A stretch of DNA of 64,000 nucleotides from Prochlorococcus sp. AG-679-M23 (lineage in GTDB: Bacteria; Cyanobacteriota; Cyanobacteriia; PCC-6307; Cyanobiaceae), in contig QCUR01000002.1 of assembly GCA_003208875.1 (NCBI GenBank), positions 1-64,000 on the forward strand, read 5' to 3'. The notes beneath the pieces were generated by a model that saw nothing but the letters and a program-made list of their open reading frames with translations, did not search any database and was not told the DNA's origin. A program made the position numbers and the translations under genes. This document shows positions 31,705 to 42,329 of the stretch, piece by piece (within the stretch, counting starts at the first letter, position 1; every line of letters begins with the position of its first letter).

Positions 31705-34278
31705 TTACTTTGACAAGCTGAAATCGTGTATTTCATCAAATTGAAGATAGCGATAAAGTTCATCAGAATATGGATTAATTTTATTTTTAGTAATATCCTG
31801 ATATTCTTCTATTTCAGGAATTTTTCCAAGAAGTGCACAAACTGCTGCTAATTCTGCACTCCCTAAAAATACTTGAGCATTTTTCCCAAGCCTATTGTCA
31901 AAATTTCTTGTACTAGTAGAAAATACAACTGATCCTTCATCTACTCTGGCTTGATTTCCCATGCATAAAGAACAGCCAGGCAATTCTAATCTCGCACCAC
32001 AATTTTCAAATATTTCATAGTAACCTTCTTGTTTCAGAGTTTCCTCATCCATTTTTGTGGGTGGACAAATCCATAGTTTTGCCTTTAAATTTTTCACACC
32101 TTCAAGAACTTTCGCGGCAGCCCTGTAGTGACCAATGTTTGTCATACAAGAACCTATAAAAACTTCATCAATCTTTGTATTTGCAACATCAACAATTTCC
32201 TTCACATTGTCTGGATCGTTGGGGCAAGCAACTATAGGTTGTTTAACTTGAGATAAGTCAATTTCAATTATTTCTTCGTAACTGGCATTCAGATCTGGCT
32301 GAATTAATTCAGGTTTTTTTAACCAATTTTTCATATCATTAATTCTTCTTGATATTGACTTTGAATCTTCATAATTGCTCTCAATCATTTTTTCTAAAAG
32401 GCAAATATTGCTTCTTATGTATTCTTGAACAGTTTCCTGTGATAAAAGTATTGTGCTTCCAGCGCATGAGCGTTCAGCAGTAGCATCAGTTAGTTCGAAA
32501 GCTTGTTCAAGTTTTAAGTTAGGCAACCCTTCAATTTCCATAATTTTTCCGTTAAATATATTTTTTTTATTTGCTTTCTCAACAGTCAAAAGTCCCTTTT
32601 TAATCGCAAAGAGTGGGATTGCATTAACTAAATCTCGTAAGGTTATGCCTGGTAATAAATCGCCCTTAAATTTTACGAGTACTGATTCTGGCATATTTAA
32701 TGGCATTGATCCTATTGCAGCAGCAAAGGCAACAATGCCCGAGCCTCCAGGAAATGAAATTCCAAGAGGGAATCTTGTATGACTATCTCCACCTGTACCA
32801 ACAGTATCAGGAAGGAGCATTCTGTTAAGCCAGCTGTGAATTATTCCATCCCCGGGTTTTAGAGCTACTCCACCTCTTTGAGATATAAAGTCAGGTAATT
32901 CTTTATGTGTAAGCAAATCTACTGGTTTAGGATATGCAGCTGTGTGACAAAAACTTTGCATAACTAAATCTGCAGTGAATCCTAAACAAGCTAATTCTTT
33001 AAGTTCATCCCTCGTCATAGGCCCAGTAGTATCTTGACTCCCAACTGTCGTCATAATTGGTTCACAGGTCATTCCAGGTCGAACCCCCTTTAAACCGCAT
33101 GCTTTACCTACTATTTTTTGTGCTTGAGTAAAACCAGAATTAAATTCTTTTGGATTTTTTGGCCTGATAAATATTTCACTAGGTTGATAATCTAATTTGT
33201 TTCTAATCTTGTCTGTGAGTGACCGTCCAATCATGAGATTTATTCTCCCTCCAGCTTGAATTTCATCAGTAATAGTTGATGGACACAAGTCGAATTGACT
33301 TATTACTATTTCAGAATTGGTATTTTTTTCAATTTTTTTAATAACGCCTTCATAAGGAAATATCTTTAGTAAATCTCCTGTGTTCATTTGAGATACATCA
33401 GTCTCTATCGGAAGTGCTCCTGAATCTTGTGCGGTATTAAAGAAAATAGGAGCTATTTTGCTGCCAATTATTATTCCTCCGGTTCTTTTATTTGGTACAA
33501 AAGGTATATCTTCGCCAATATGCCAAATCAGTGAATTTATAGCTGATTTTCTTGAACTACCTGTGCCTACTACATCTCCAACATAAGCAATTGGGATCTC
33601 TTGTTTTTTAAGATTATCAAGAATTTCTAATCCATCTTGCTTTTTAAATTCGAGCATAGCCAAAGCGTGCAATGGTATATCAGGACGAGTTGTCGCATGA
33701 ACTGCAGGAGATAAGTCATCTGTATTTGTCTCACCATCAATTTTGAATACTAGACAAGTAATTTCTTTCTGTAGAACTTTTTTACTTTTGAACCATTCTG
33801 CATTTGCCCAACTATTTACTACTTCTTGTGCATAAATATTATTTTGAGATAATTCATAAATATCATTCGCCGAATCGTAAACAAGAATGATATTTTTTAA
33901 AACCTCTGCTGCTTTTTTAGCTAGTAAACTATTTTCCCCTTTAAGTATTTCAACCAGAGAATTAACATTATATCCACCTATCATTGTGCCTAGTATCTCA
34001 ATTGCTCTCTCAGGGTTAATGTATCTGCAATGTTTTTCGCCTTGAGCAATTGCCGTAAGCCAGCTTGCTTTTACATATGCTGCCTCGTCTACCCCTGGCG
34101 GTACTCTATTTATGAGCAAATCTAGTAAATATTTACTATCGTAGTTAGTGTTTTGCTCCAAGAGGTTAGTAATACAGTTAGTCTGTTCTGCATTTAGTGG
34201 TAATGGAGGTATGCCTTTAGTAGCTCTCTCAGCTACATGATTTGCATAATCTTTGAGCAATGTTTCCAATTTCTTCAT
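31705..34278 (-). CDS. acnB: Aconitate hydratase B
   Basis: GETNTDDLSP, GTGSSRKSA, GSQDTTGPMT, GDSHTRF and PGCSLCMGNQ. Confidence 0.97.
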   Translation of the reverse strand: MKKLETLLKDYANHVAERATKGIPPLPLNAEQTNCITNLLEQNTNYDSKYLLDLLINRVPPGVDEAAYVKASWLTAIAQGEKHCRYINPERAIEILGTMIGGYNVNSLVEILKGENSLLAKKAAEVLKNIILVYDSANDIYELSQNNIYAQEVVNSWANAEWFKSKKVLQKEITCLVFKIDGETNTDDLSPAVHATTRPDIPLHALAMLEFKKQDGLEILDNLKKQEIPIAYVGDVVGTGSSRKSAINSLIWHIGEDIPFVPNKRTGGIIIGSKIAPIFFNTAQDSGALPIETDVSQMNTGDLLKIFPYEGVIKKIEKNTNSEIVISQFDLCPSTITDEIQAGGRINLMIGRSLTDKIRNKLDYQPSEIFIRPKNPKEFNSGFTQAQKIVGKACGLKGVRPGMTCEPIMTTVGSQDTTGPMTRDELKELACLGFTADLVMQSFCHTAAYPKPVDLLTHKELPDFISQRGGVALKPGDGIIHSWLNRMLLPDTVGTGGDSHTRFPLGISFPGGSGIVAFAAAIGSMPLNMPESVLVKFKGDLLPGITLRDLVNAIPLFAIKKGLLTVEKANKKNIFNGKIMEIEGLPNLKLEQAFELTDATAERSCAGSTILLSQETVQEYIRSNICLLEKMIESNYEDSKSISRRINDMKNWLKKPELIQPDLNASYEEIIEIDLSQVKQPIVACPNDPDNVKEIVDVANTKIDEVFIGSCMTNIGHYRAAAKVLEGVKNLKAKLWICPPTKMDEETLKQEGYYEIFENCGARLELPGCSLCMGNQARVDEGSVVFSTSTRNFDNRLGKNAQVFLGSAELAAVCALLGKIPEIEEYQDITKNKINPYSDELYRYLQFDEIHDFSLSK

Positions 34279-34375
34279 TTGTAAGGTTTAATGCCTGATC
34301 TATTGTTATTTTTAATATTGATAAGGAGAGTATTCATAAATGCTTTTTTAAATATTCAAACTTCTTAATTAATCA

Positions 34376-35443
34376 ATGTCGACTTCATCCAATAATCAAT
34401 CTTTAGAAAAAACATCTGATTTGCATGTTGTTGAAACACGTCCATTAATACCTCCAAGCAAACTTCATAATGATATACCTTTAGATTATACCTCTGCAGA
34501 AACGGTCTCTAATACTAGAAGATCAATACAAAATATTTTGCACAATAATGATCCTAGGATTCTAGTCATAGTGGGACCATGTTCAATCCATGATATTGAG
34601 GCTGCTAAAGATTATTCAGAATATATTCAGGAATTTAGAAAAATTTATAAAGATAAATTAGAAATTGTAATGCGAGTATATTTTGAAAAACCCAGAACTA
34701 CAATTGGTTGGAAAGGATTAATAAATGACCCTCATTTAGATGGTTCATATGACATTAATACAGGTTTACGAAGAGCGAGAAATTTACTATCTTATTTGGC
34801 AACGCGTGGGATACCCTCTGCTACTGAGTTATTAGATCCAATTGTTCCTCAATATATTGCTGATTTAATCAGTTGGACAGCAATTGGTGCAAGGACTACC
34901 GAAAGTCAAACTCATAGAGAAATGGCTTCAGGATTATCCATGCCTATTGGTTTTAAAAATGGTACTGATGGTTCTTTTAGTACTGCTATTAATGCGATGC
35001 AGTCGGCTTCAAAATCTCATCATTTCTTAGGTGTTAATGATCAAGGTTATGCTTCTATTGTAAATACAACCGGAAATCCAGATGGACATATAGTTTTAAG
35101 GGGAGGTTCTAAAGGAGTTAATTTTGAAAATCAACATGTAAAAAGTATTTCTTCCGAATTAAAAGAAGGTAATCTTCCTTACAAAGTTATGATTGATTGT
35201 AGCCATGGAAATTCTAATAAAGATTACAGAAAGCAATCTGATGTCCTTAAAAACGTAGCAAATCAGATTAAGAATGGTGAAAAAAATATTTTAGGAGTAA
35301 TGCTTGAAAGTCATCTGAAGGAGGGTAATCAAAAACTTTCAAATAGGAAAGATCTTGAATATGGTACGAGTATTACTGATGCTTGCATAAATATAGATAC
35401 AACGAAAAATTTGCTTCGGATTCTATATGATTCAATTTTGTAA
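34376..35443 (+). CDS. aroG: 3-deoxy-7-phosphoheptulonate (DAHP) synthase, AroF/G/H class I-alpha
   Basis: GPCSIHD, RVYFEKPRT, IGARTTESQTHR and DCSHGNS. Confidence 0.93.
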   Translation: MSTSSNNQSLEKTSDLHVVETRPLIPPSKLHNDIPLDYTSAETVSNTRRSIQNILHNNDPRILVIVGPCSIHDIEAAKDYSEYIQEFRKIYKDKLEIVMRVYFEKPRTTIGWKGLINDPHLDGSYDINTGLRRARNLLSYLATRGIPSATELLDPIVPQYIADLISWTAIGARTTESQTHREMASGLSMPIGFKNGTDGSFSTAINAMQSASKSHHFLGVNDQGYASIVNTTGNPDGHIVLRGGSKGVNFENQHVKSISSELKEGNLPYKVMIDCSHGNSNKDYRKQSDVLKNVANQIKNGEKNILGVMLESHLKEGNQKLSNRKDLEYGTSITDACINIDTTKNLLRILYDSIL

Positions 35444-35444
35444 T

Positions 35445-36089
35445 TTATAAACCTGTAATAAAAAAGTTAAAGCAAAATGCTGCTGAAATTGGCACTATAA
35501 AATTATCTATTCCAAAAATACTAAATTGTTCAAGTATTGTAGAAATAGAAGCAACAGTAAAAAAATTTATATTAAAAGTGTATCTTTGGATATAACTTAA
35601 ACCAAAAACTACTATCAAGCTTGTAATAAACATAGTGGTTGTTCCAAACAAAGATTTTTTTTGGTTTAAAAAAATCCAACTTTTGGATTTAAAGTTCTTT
35701 CCTATTAAAGCTGCAAAGCCATCACCAAATGTCATTATAAAAAAACCAGCAATCAGTGAAGTAGGATCTTTTTCCCAATAAAGGTAAATTAAAATAAATA
35801 AACTTAAACAATAAAATAAGGTTCCATAACTTTTTCTATCTATATCCTCAATAGTTGGAAATAATTTAGATTGGTAATTTATGAAAGTTAACAACGTAAC
35901 AAGCCCTGTAAAACAAAGAGCAGAAGTTTGATTTATATCTAAGAATTTTGCGAGAGGAATTAAAGGTCCTATTCCAATATGAATAATTTTTCTCAGTACT
36001 TCTTTATTATTTGGATTAAATCTTTTATATATTATCGATATAAAAAAGATAATAAATATATAAATTAAAATAAAAACAAAATTAAACAA
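35445..36089 (-). CDS. Polyprenol/phytol (dolichol) kinase family membrane protein
   Basis: RKIIHIGIG, FGDGFAALIG, KKSLFGT and GIDNFIVP cytidylyltransferase-family motifs. Confidence 0.85.
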   Translation of the reverse strand: MFNFVFILIYIFIIFFISIIYKRFNPNNKEVLRKIIHIGIGPLIPLAKFLDINQTSALCFTGLVTLLTFINYQSKLFPTIEDIDRKSYGTLFYCLSLFILIYLYWEKDPTSLIAGFFIMTFGDGFAALIGKNFKSKSWIFLNQKKSLFGTTTMFITSLIVVFGLSYIQRYTFNINFFTVASISTILEQFSIFGIDNFIVPISAAFCFNFFITGL

Positions 36090-36094
36090 CTTAA

Positions 36095-37114
36095 CTAGGC
36101 TGCTTTTTGATGAGTGGTCATTACTCTAAGTTTTAATATTGCCTTAGCTTCTAGTTGCCTAACTCTTTCTCTGGATACATTTATTTGTCTTCCTATTTCT
36201 GCCAGTGTAAGAGGTTCCTCTCCGTCTAAGCCGAATCTAAGTTTCATAATTTTTTGTTCTCTTTCGTTTAATTGAGTTAGCCAAGTTCCTAAATGTTCTT
36301 TTTGAATTGTTCTATCCATCCCTTCCATAGGCTCTTCTCCATTTGGATCGGGAATAAGTTCACCTAAGGTACTACGATCTTCTTCGCCTCTTGCGTGAGC
36401 ATCAAGAGATGCGCATGGAGCACTTTGAGAGATTAAGTCTTCTAAATCTTTTTGCTCAATTCCCATCGCTGTTGCCATTTCTAATCTGGTTGGTTGCCTT
36501 CCAGATTTTTGAGATAATTCTCTGGAAACTCTTCTCATTTTGGAAAGTTTTTCACTAATGTGAATTGGCAATCGAATTGTCCTAGCGCTATTATCGATAG
36601 CTCTTGTCATTCCTTGTCTAATCCACCAATAAGCATAAGTAGAAAATTTATATCCCATCGCAGGATCAAATTTATCAACTGCTCTTTCTAAGCCTATAGC
36701 GCCTTCTTGTACCAAGTCTAATAATTCTAAACCTTGATTTTGATACTTCTTGGCAACAGATACTACTAGTCTTAAATTGGCTGACATCATTCTATCTCTA
36801 GCTCTTTTCCCAATTTTAATTAGGCGAAGATGTTTTGATGATCTTTCTATCTCAGGAATTTCTAGCATCTTTTTCATGTTTTGAACATGATGAGCTAGCT
36901 CTATTTCTTCTGCTGCAGTAAGAAGAGGAACTCTTCCAATACTACTTAAGTAATAACCTATTGAATCTGAAGCGAGTCTTGCAGATTTTTTTTGGTTTTG
37001 TTTAGCAGTTAAGCTTGGTTTTGTTTTGCGAGTCTTGCCCGCAGTGTTTGGTAATCTAGGTTCTTCAGTTTTCTTTTTTGAAGAACTATTTCCAGATTCC
37101 AGAAGGATCCCCAT
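36095..37114 (-). CDS. Group 2 RNA polymerase sigma-70 factor (SigC-like)
   Basis: YLSSIGRVPLL, ANLRLVVSVAKKY, DLVQEG, KFSTYAYWWIRQ and SRERVRQLE; no region 1.1; ATG at 37114 preferred. Confidence 0.93.
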   Translation of the reverse strand: MGILLESGNSSSKKKTEEPRLPNTAGKTRKTKPSLTAKQNQKKSARLASDSIGYYLSSIGRVPLLTAAEEIELAHHVQNMKKMLEIPEIERSSKHLRLIKIGKRARDRMMSANLRLVVSVAKKYQNQGLELLDLVQEGAIGLERAVDKFDPAMGYKFSTYAYWWIRQGMTRAIDNSARTIRLPIHISEKLSKMRRVSRELSQKSGRQPTRLEMATAMGIEQKDLEDLISQSAPCASLDAHARGEEDRSTLGELIPDPNGEEPMEGMDRTIQKEHLGTWLTQLNEREQKIMKLRFGLDGEEPLTLAEIGRQINVSRERVRQLEAKAILKLRVMTTHQKAA

Positions 37115-37312
37115 CACCCTGGCCTCTTTAAGTGGATTTTTTAAAAAGCTAGCACTGAAATCAAGAAAAAAAATACTTTTGCGTTGAAACTTTAAAGACA
37201 AGAAAATTGATTTCTATTAATATTACTTCAAAATAACTGATATGACTTGATTTCTTATAAATGTAAAATTTTTATCAATATTAAGAAGTTTTTTAAAATG
37301 TTATAAAAAAAT

Positions 37313-39400
37313 TTATTTTTTTAATCTTTTTATTAGATCAATTTGAGAACGATTTGAGTTTGAATCCCTCTCTTTTTTTTCGTATATTCCATCTTTATTC
37401 ATGATCCAGGAGTAATAATTATCATTAATATAAGTTTGTAAAAGGTCATATAGTTGAGATTTTAATTTTAGGTCTTCTATAGGTGTAACAGCTTCTATTC
37501 TTCTGTCTAAATTTCTTCTCATCCAGTCTGCGCTGCCTATAAAAACTTCAGGATTATTGTTATTGTAAAACCAAAAAATTCTAGAATGTTCAAGAAAATG
37601 CCCAATAATACTTGTAACCTTAATATTGTCACTCAAATTCTCTCTTTGAGGATATAAACAACATATTCCTCTTATTATCAGGTGAATTTTTACTCCTTTT
37701 TGGGAAGCTAAATAAAGTAATTGAATAATTTCTGGATCTACTAATGAATTCATTTTTGCAATAATTTCACCTTTCTTGCCCTCTTCGATATTTTCAATTT
37801 CTCTATTTATTAAAAAGATGAATTTTTTTCTTAATGATGTTGGAGATACTAATAATTTCTGATAAGCCTTTTGTTTTGAGAAGCCTGATAAGTAATTAAA
37901 GAGTTCAATTAAATCTGAGGAGATATCAGGATCTGTTGAAAGAAATCCTATGTCTGTGTAATAGCGAGAAGTGTTCGAATTGTAATTTCCCGTTCCAATA
38001 TGAAAATAATTCCTTAGTCTTCCTTTCTCTTTTCTAACCACTAAAGCAATCTTTGTATGTGTTTTAAAGCCTAGTATTCCATAAACAACATGAATTCCAG
38101 CTTGCTCAAGCTGTTTTGCCCATTGGATGTTGTTATCTTCATCAAATCTTGCTTTGAGCTCAACAAGAGTCATCACCTCTTTCCCATTCTCAGCTGCTCT
38201 CATTAAGGCTTCAATAATTGGAGAATCTTTTGAAACTCTATAAAGAGTAATTTTTATAGCTAGTACAAGTGGGTCGTCAGCAGCTTTGTTGATAAATTCT
38301 TCTACAGAGGTTTTGAATGAGTCGTATGGATGATGTAGAAGTATACTCTGTTTTCTAAGAATGCTAAAAATAGAGTTAAAATTTTTGTCTTTAGAAGAAT
38401 CTAACGATTTTAATAATGGATGTGTATCTCCAATTAATAAATTTTCTTTTAAGTCTTCTCGATTAATTTTTATAAGGTAATTTAAATCGTCAAGTCCTAA
38501 TAAGCTTTTGCAAAAGTAGATATATTCTTCTTGTATTGCAATACTTTCAATAAGTAACTTTAAAATATTTTGTGGAATATTTTCATTTACTTCTAATCTA
38601 ACTACATCTCCCCCTAATCTTCTTTTTTGCAAGCTTTGCTCTACCGCAAGAAGTAAGTCGTCAGCTTCAAGTTCTTTTAACTCTAAATCTGCATCTCTTG
38701 TTACTCGGAAAAAAGAATAATTTAAGCATTCCATTCCATTAAATAAGGCATTTATGTTGTTTCCAATTAAGTCTTCAACAGTTATAAAAAAATGCTCTCT
38801 TTCATCTTCAGTTTCAATAATTTCATTGGGAATTAGTATAAATCTGCCAATATTTTTTGTCGGTATTTTAATTCTTACAAATTGATTTTTTGATTCTTCT
38901 CCATCATTAATGAGAGCAGCCAAATTAAGACTTAAATTACTTATAAAAGGGAATGGGTGCGCAGGATCAACTACTAATGGTGTTAATAAAGGAAAAACTG
39001 AAGATAGGAAATAGCTATTACACCAATTTTTCTGATTTTGATTGAGTTCACAATACTTTTTTATGAAAATGCCTTCATTTTTAAGCTCATCATTTAATTC
39101 ATTATTAAAATATTTTTCTTGAAGGATTGTGAGTTTTTTTACTTCCTTGTTAATTGTTTTTAATTGTTCTTTAGGAGTATATCCATCAATACTTTTTTTT
39201 CTAATTCCGGCTTCAACTTGAGCTTTTAATGATGCAACTCTAACCATAAAAAATTCATCAAGATTATTACTGAAAATTGAAAAAAATTTAATTTTATCTA
39301 GTACTTTATAATCTTTCTCCATCCCTGTAAGAAGAACTCTTTTATTAAAGTCGATCCAACTTAATTCTCTATTAATAAAATTGTTAGCTTCGTATTTCAT
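37313..39400 (-). CDS. ppk1: Polyphosphate kinase 1
   Basis: NRELSW, NLDEFFMVRVA, HHPYDSF, ELKARFDE, KTHTK and GSADWMRRNLDRRIE. Confidence 0.97.
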   Translation of the reverse strand: MKYEANNFINRELSWIDFNKRVLLTGMEKDYKVLDKIKFFSIFSNNLDEFFMVRVASLKAQVEAGIRKKSIDGYTPKEQLKTINKEVKKLTILQEKYFNNELNDELKNEGIFIKKYCELNQNQKNWCNSYFLSSVFPLLTPLVVDPAHPFPFISNLSLNLAALINDGEESKNQFVRIKIPTKNIGRFILIPNEIIETEDEREHFFITVEDLIGNNINALFNGMECLNYSFFRVTRDADLELKELEADDLLLAVEQSLQKRRLGGDVVRLEVNENIPQNILKLLIESIAIQEEYIYFCKSLLGLDDLNYLIKINREDLKENLLIGDTHPLLKSLDSSKDKNFNSIFSILRKQSILLHHPYDSFKTSVEEFINKAADDPLVLAIKITLYRVSKDSPIIEALMRAAENGKEVMTLVELKARFDEDNNIQWAKQLEQAGIHVVYGILGFKTHTKIALVVRKEKGRLRNYFHIGTGNYNSNTSRYYTDIGFLSTDPDISSDLIELFNYLSGFSKQKAYQKLLVSPTSLRKKFIFLINREIENIEEGKKGEIIAKMNSLVDPEIIQLLYLASQKGVKIHLIIRGICCLYPQRENLSDNIKVTSIIGHFLEHSRIFWFYNNNNPEVFIGSADWMRRNLDRRIEAVTPIEDLKLKSQLYDLLQTYINDNYYSWIMNKDGIYEKKERDSNSNRSQIDLIKRLKK

Positions 39401-39417
39401 TAAAGGAATTATATTTG

Positions 39418-40668
39418 TTAATTATAAGAAATATTCTTATTTTTTCCTTCAGCAATAAGATAAATCATAAAAAGTAAAATAATTGATCCTGCAATAAATG
39501 GTGCTTTTGGACCAAAATCATCATAAACTCTTCCAGCCATTCCGATACCTAAAACCCCGCCAAGACTTTGAAGACCTTGCAAATTACTTAATATAGAGCC
39601 CTGGTTATCCCCATCTAATTTTTTTGATATTAATGCTCTTAATGTAGGTGTAATTAAACCCGCACCCACGGCTAAAAATGAAACTGCAGAATAAATATTT
39701 ACTATCGCATTTTCTTGAGGGGTAGTTATCAAAAGAAAACATGCTAGGAGAATAAAACCTGAACCAATTAAAGTAAGTTTCATTTCTCCAAATTTTTTTA
39801 CTAGAGGACCAATTAGCCCACCTTGTACAATAATTGCTATCACTCCCACAACTACAAGAGTTCCACTGGATGCCTTAGTTGTCCAATTCAGGGACTCTTG
39901 AAGGAAGAAAATTAAAATATTTGTTAGTCCAGTAAAAGCTATGAAATATATAAAAAAAGCTAGAGATAATTTTCTAATTTTTTCTTCTTTAAATACTTTA
40001 AATAATTGTTTTAGAGGATTTTTTAAAATTTGAGTTGATTTATTTAATTCACTTTGAGGCTTGGTTTCTGGTAAATAAAAGAATACTAGTATGAAGTTAA
40101 TAATTGGAATTATTGAAGCTATTATTACTGGAATAATGAAATTATTATTTGTATTTTTGGCAAAAATAACAACAAATATATTACCCAAAAAGAAACTTAA
40201 TCCAAATGCGACTCCAATAAGTCCAAATGTTTTGGCTCTTTTTTCAGGACTAGAAATATCTGCAAGAATAGTAGTCGCTGTTGCAGCAGTTCCACCACTT
40301 AGACCGTCAATAAGTCTTGCTATAAATAATAAAAATAAGGGGATAGTCGCTAGTGAAGTTGACCAATCAAATAAAACTGTAAATGATAATATTGATATTC
40401 CGATGATTGAGCCCGTTATACAAAACAAGGTTACAGGTCTTCTTCCATATCTATCACTCATAAGCCCAATAAAAGGCGAAGCCGTAAATTGTGCTAATTG
40501 ATAAGTACAAGAGAGTAAACCATAAGTACTAGCTTTTGAGTCAAATAGTAAAACAAAAGAAGGTAAAATTGGTAAAAGAATACTTTCGCTTAATCTATCA
40601 TTTAGGAGAGTTACAAAAGCACTGAATAAAGTAAATTTTTTACTTGGCTTGAATAAACTTTTTTTCAC
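39418..40668 (-). CDS. MFS transporter, TetA/DHA1-like efflux family
   Basis: Motif A GLMSDRYGRRP, RLIDGLSGG and about 12 TM segments. Confidence 0.9.
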   Translation of the reverse strand: MKKSLFKPSKKFTLFSAFVTLLNDRLSESILLPILPSFVLLFDSKASTYGLLSCTYQLAQFTASPFIGLMSDRYGRRPVTLFCITGSIIGISILSFTVLFDWSTSLATIPLFLLFIARLIDGLSGGTAATATTILADISSPEKRAKTFGLIGVAFGLSFFLGNIFVVIFAKNTNNNFIIPVIIASIIPIINFILVFFYLPETKPQSELNKSTQILKNPLKQLFKVFKEEKIRKLSLAFFIYFIAFTGLTNILIFFLQESLNWTTKASSGTLVVVGVIAIIVQGGLIGPLVKKFGEMKLTLIGSGFILLACFLLITTPQENAIVNIYSAVSFLAVGAGLITPTLRALISKKLDGDNQGSILSNLQGLQSLGGVLGIGMAGRVYDDFGPKAPFIAGSIILLFMIYLIAEGKNKNISYN

Positions 40669-40713
40669 GATATTTATCTACAATACAATTTTCTTTTACT
40701 ACCATACTTGTTA

Positions 40714-41499
40714 ATGGAGATTAATGTGCCCGGAATAGTTTATTTAGTTGGAGCAGGTCCTGGTGACCCTGAGCTGCTAACTTTAAAAGCCTTACGACTT
40801 ATCAAAAGCTGTGATGCTTTGGTCCATGATGCCTTAGTTTCTCCCCAAATCATAAATGAGACTAATAAGAAAACTGAAATATTTAATGTAGGTAAAAGGG
40901 CTGGGTTGTGTTCTGTTCCTCAGGCTGATACTAATTTACTTATTGTGAAATTAGCAAAAGAAGGAAAGAATGTTGTAAGGCTTAAAGGAGGTGATCCTTT
41001 TGTTTTCTCACGAGGCGGTGAAGAAGTATCTTTTTTAGAAAAAAATGGGATTTCAGTTGAAATTGTCCCTGGGATAACTTCTGGAATAGCTGCTCCTTCA
41101 AATTTTGGGATCCCATTAACTCATCGAGAAGCAGGAAGCTCCATAACTTTTGTGACTGGACATGAAGATATTAATAAAGATAAAAAGACTGTTAATTGGA
41201 GATTGTTAGCTAAATCATCTGATGGTTTAGTAATTTATATGGGCATGAGAAATATAGAATTTATTGTTAAAGAATTACTTATAGGCGGTTTGGATGAGAA
41301 TACTAAATGTGCTGTTATTCAAGAAGCAACTTTAAATAATCAAAAATGTTTAATTTCAGAATTAAAAAATTTAGCAAAGACAATAAGTAATAGAGGTTTC
41401 TCTTCACCATCGATTATCGTTATTGGAAGTATTGTTGGTTTTAAAGTTAATAACTATATAAATAATTTATCTGATGCTTTTTTATCAGAAAAAAAATAA
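40714..41499 (+). CDS. cobA: Uroporphyrinogen-III C-methyltransferase
   Basis: VYLVGAGPGDPELLTLKA, RLKGGDP, VPGITS and GIPLTHR. Confidence 0.95.
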   Translation: MEINVPGIVYLVGAGPGDPELLTLKALRLIKSCDALVHDALVSPQIINETNKKTEIFNVGKRAGLCSVPQADTNLLIVKLAKEGKNVVRLKGGDPFVFSRGGEEVSFLEKNGISVEIVPGITSGIAAPSNFGIPLTHREAGSSITFVTGHEDINKDKKTVNWRLLAKSSDGLVIYMGMRNIEFIVKELLIGGLDENTKCAVIQEATLNNQKCLISELKNLAKTISNRGFSSPSIIVIGSIVGFKVNNYINNLSDAFLSEKK

Positions 41500-41501
41500 T
41501 C

Positions 41502-42329
41502 TTACTTATACAACAATTCCCAGAAATACTTTGGATCAAAAGTTGTTGTAAATTCTATATCATTAACTCTATTAATTTGCCTACAAGATAAACTATTAAT
41601 TGCAATTAAAATATCATCATTGTAAAATTTAGGTAAGATCAATTCTTCCTTAATTATCTTTAATTTTATAGCTTTTTTAACCATAATTCCCTGAAGACAT
41701 CCACTTTCTTTTCTTGGTGTCATCCATTCATTATTTCTTTTCAGTAAGATATTAAAAGTACTACCACAACATAGTTCATCAGCAGTATTTAATATTAAAC
41801 AATCGTCAAATAATTTTTTATTAGCTTCTATTAGTACTTGTATTGATTGATTATATGAGAAAGTTTTACATTGATTGATTAAACTATATTGATTTCTTTT
41901 TTCTGTTTGACTAATAAATGTACTTATTGAAGAAAAACTAGGTTTTATAATATAAAATTCAATCCATAAATTATTCTTATGATCTTCCAGTTGATTGTTA
42001 TTAATCCTAATTGATCTGCCTTTATTCAAGCCTCTGCTGTAGTTAATTCTAATTGATCCTAACTGCTCGTTTTTAAGAGATAATTTTTTAATACCTAGAC
42101 TAATAATGTTTTTTAAATGTGATTTATTAATATTCAAATTCATATTTAAAACTCTATTGCTATTTTCTAGTCTTTGAATATGTTCGTCTATCAAAACAGC
42201 ATTATTCTTTTTTATTAAAACAGTTTCGAATATTCCATCTCCAAACTTTAGACCTCTATCATTTGCTGATATATAAATATTTTCAATATCTAGCCATTTA
42301 TCTTTATGCCAACCTATACTCTGTTTCAT
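41502..42329 (-). CDS. Class IV aminotransferase, probable 4-amino-4-deoxychorismate lyase (PabC-like)
   Basis: DRGLKFGDGIFET, HIQRL and GCLQGI; ATGA overlap with the pabB-like gene. Confidence 0.8.
   Translation of the reverse strand: MKQSIGWHKDKWLDIENIYISANDRGLKFGDGIFETVLIKKNNAVLIDEHIQRLENSNRVLNMNLNINKSHLKNIISLGIKKLSLKNEQLGSIRINYSRGLNKGRSIRINNNQLEDHKNNLWIEFYIIKPSFSSISTFISQTEKRNQYSLINQCKTFSYNQSIQVLIEANKKLFDDCLILNTADELCCGSTFNILLKRNNEWMTPRKESGCLQGIMVKKAIKLKIIKEELILPKFYNDDILIAINSLSCRQINRVNDIEFTTTFDPKYFWELLYK

Noticed and set aside
39418..40668. TetA-like MFS gene as acquired antibiotic resistance
   Set aside because: It sits in core context with host-like composition, no TetR and no mobile element; substrate unknown.
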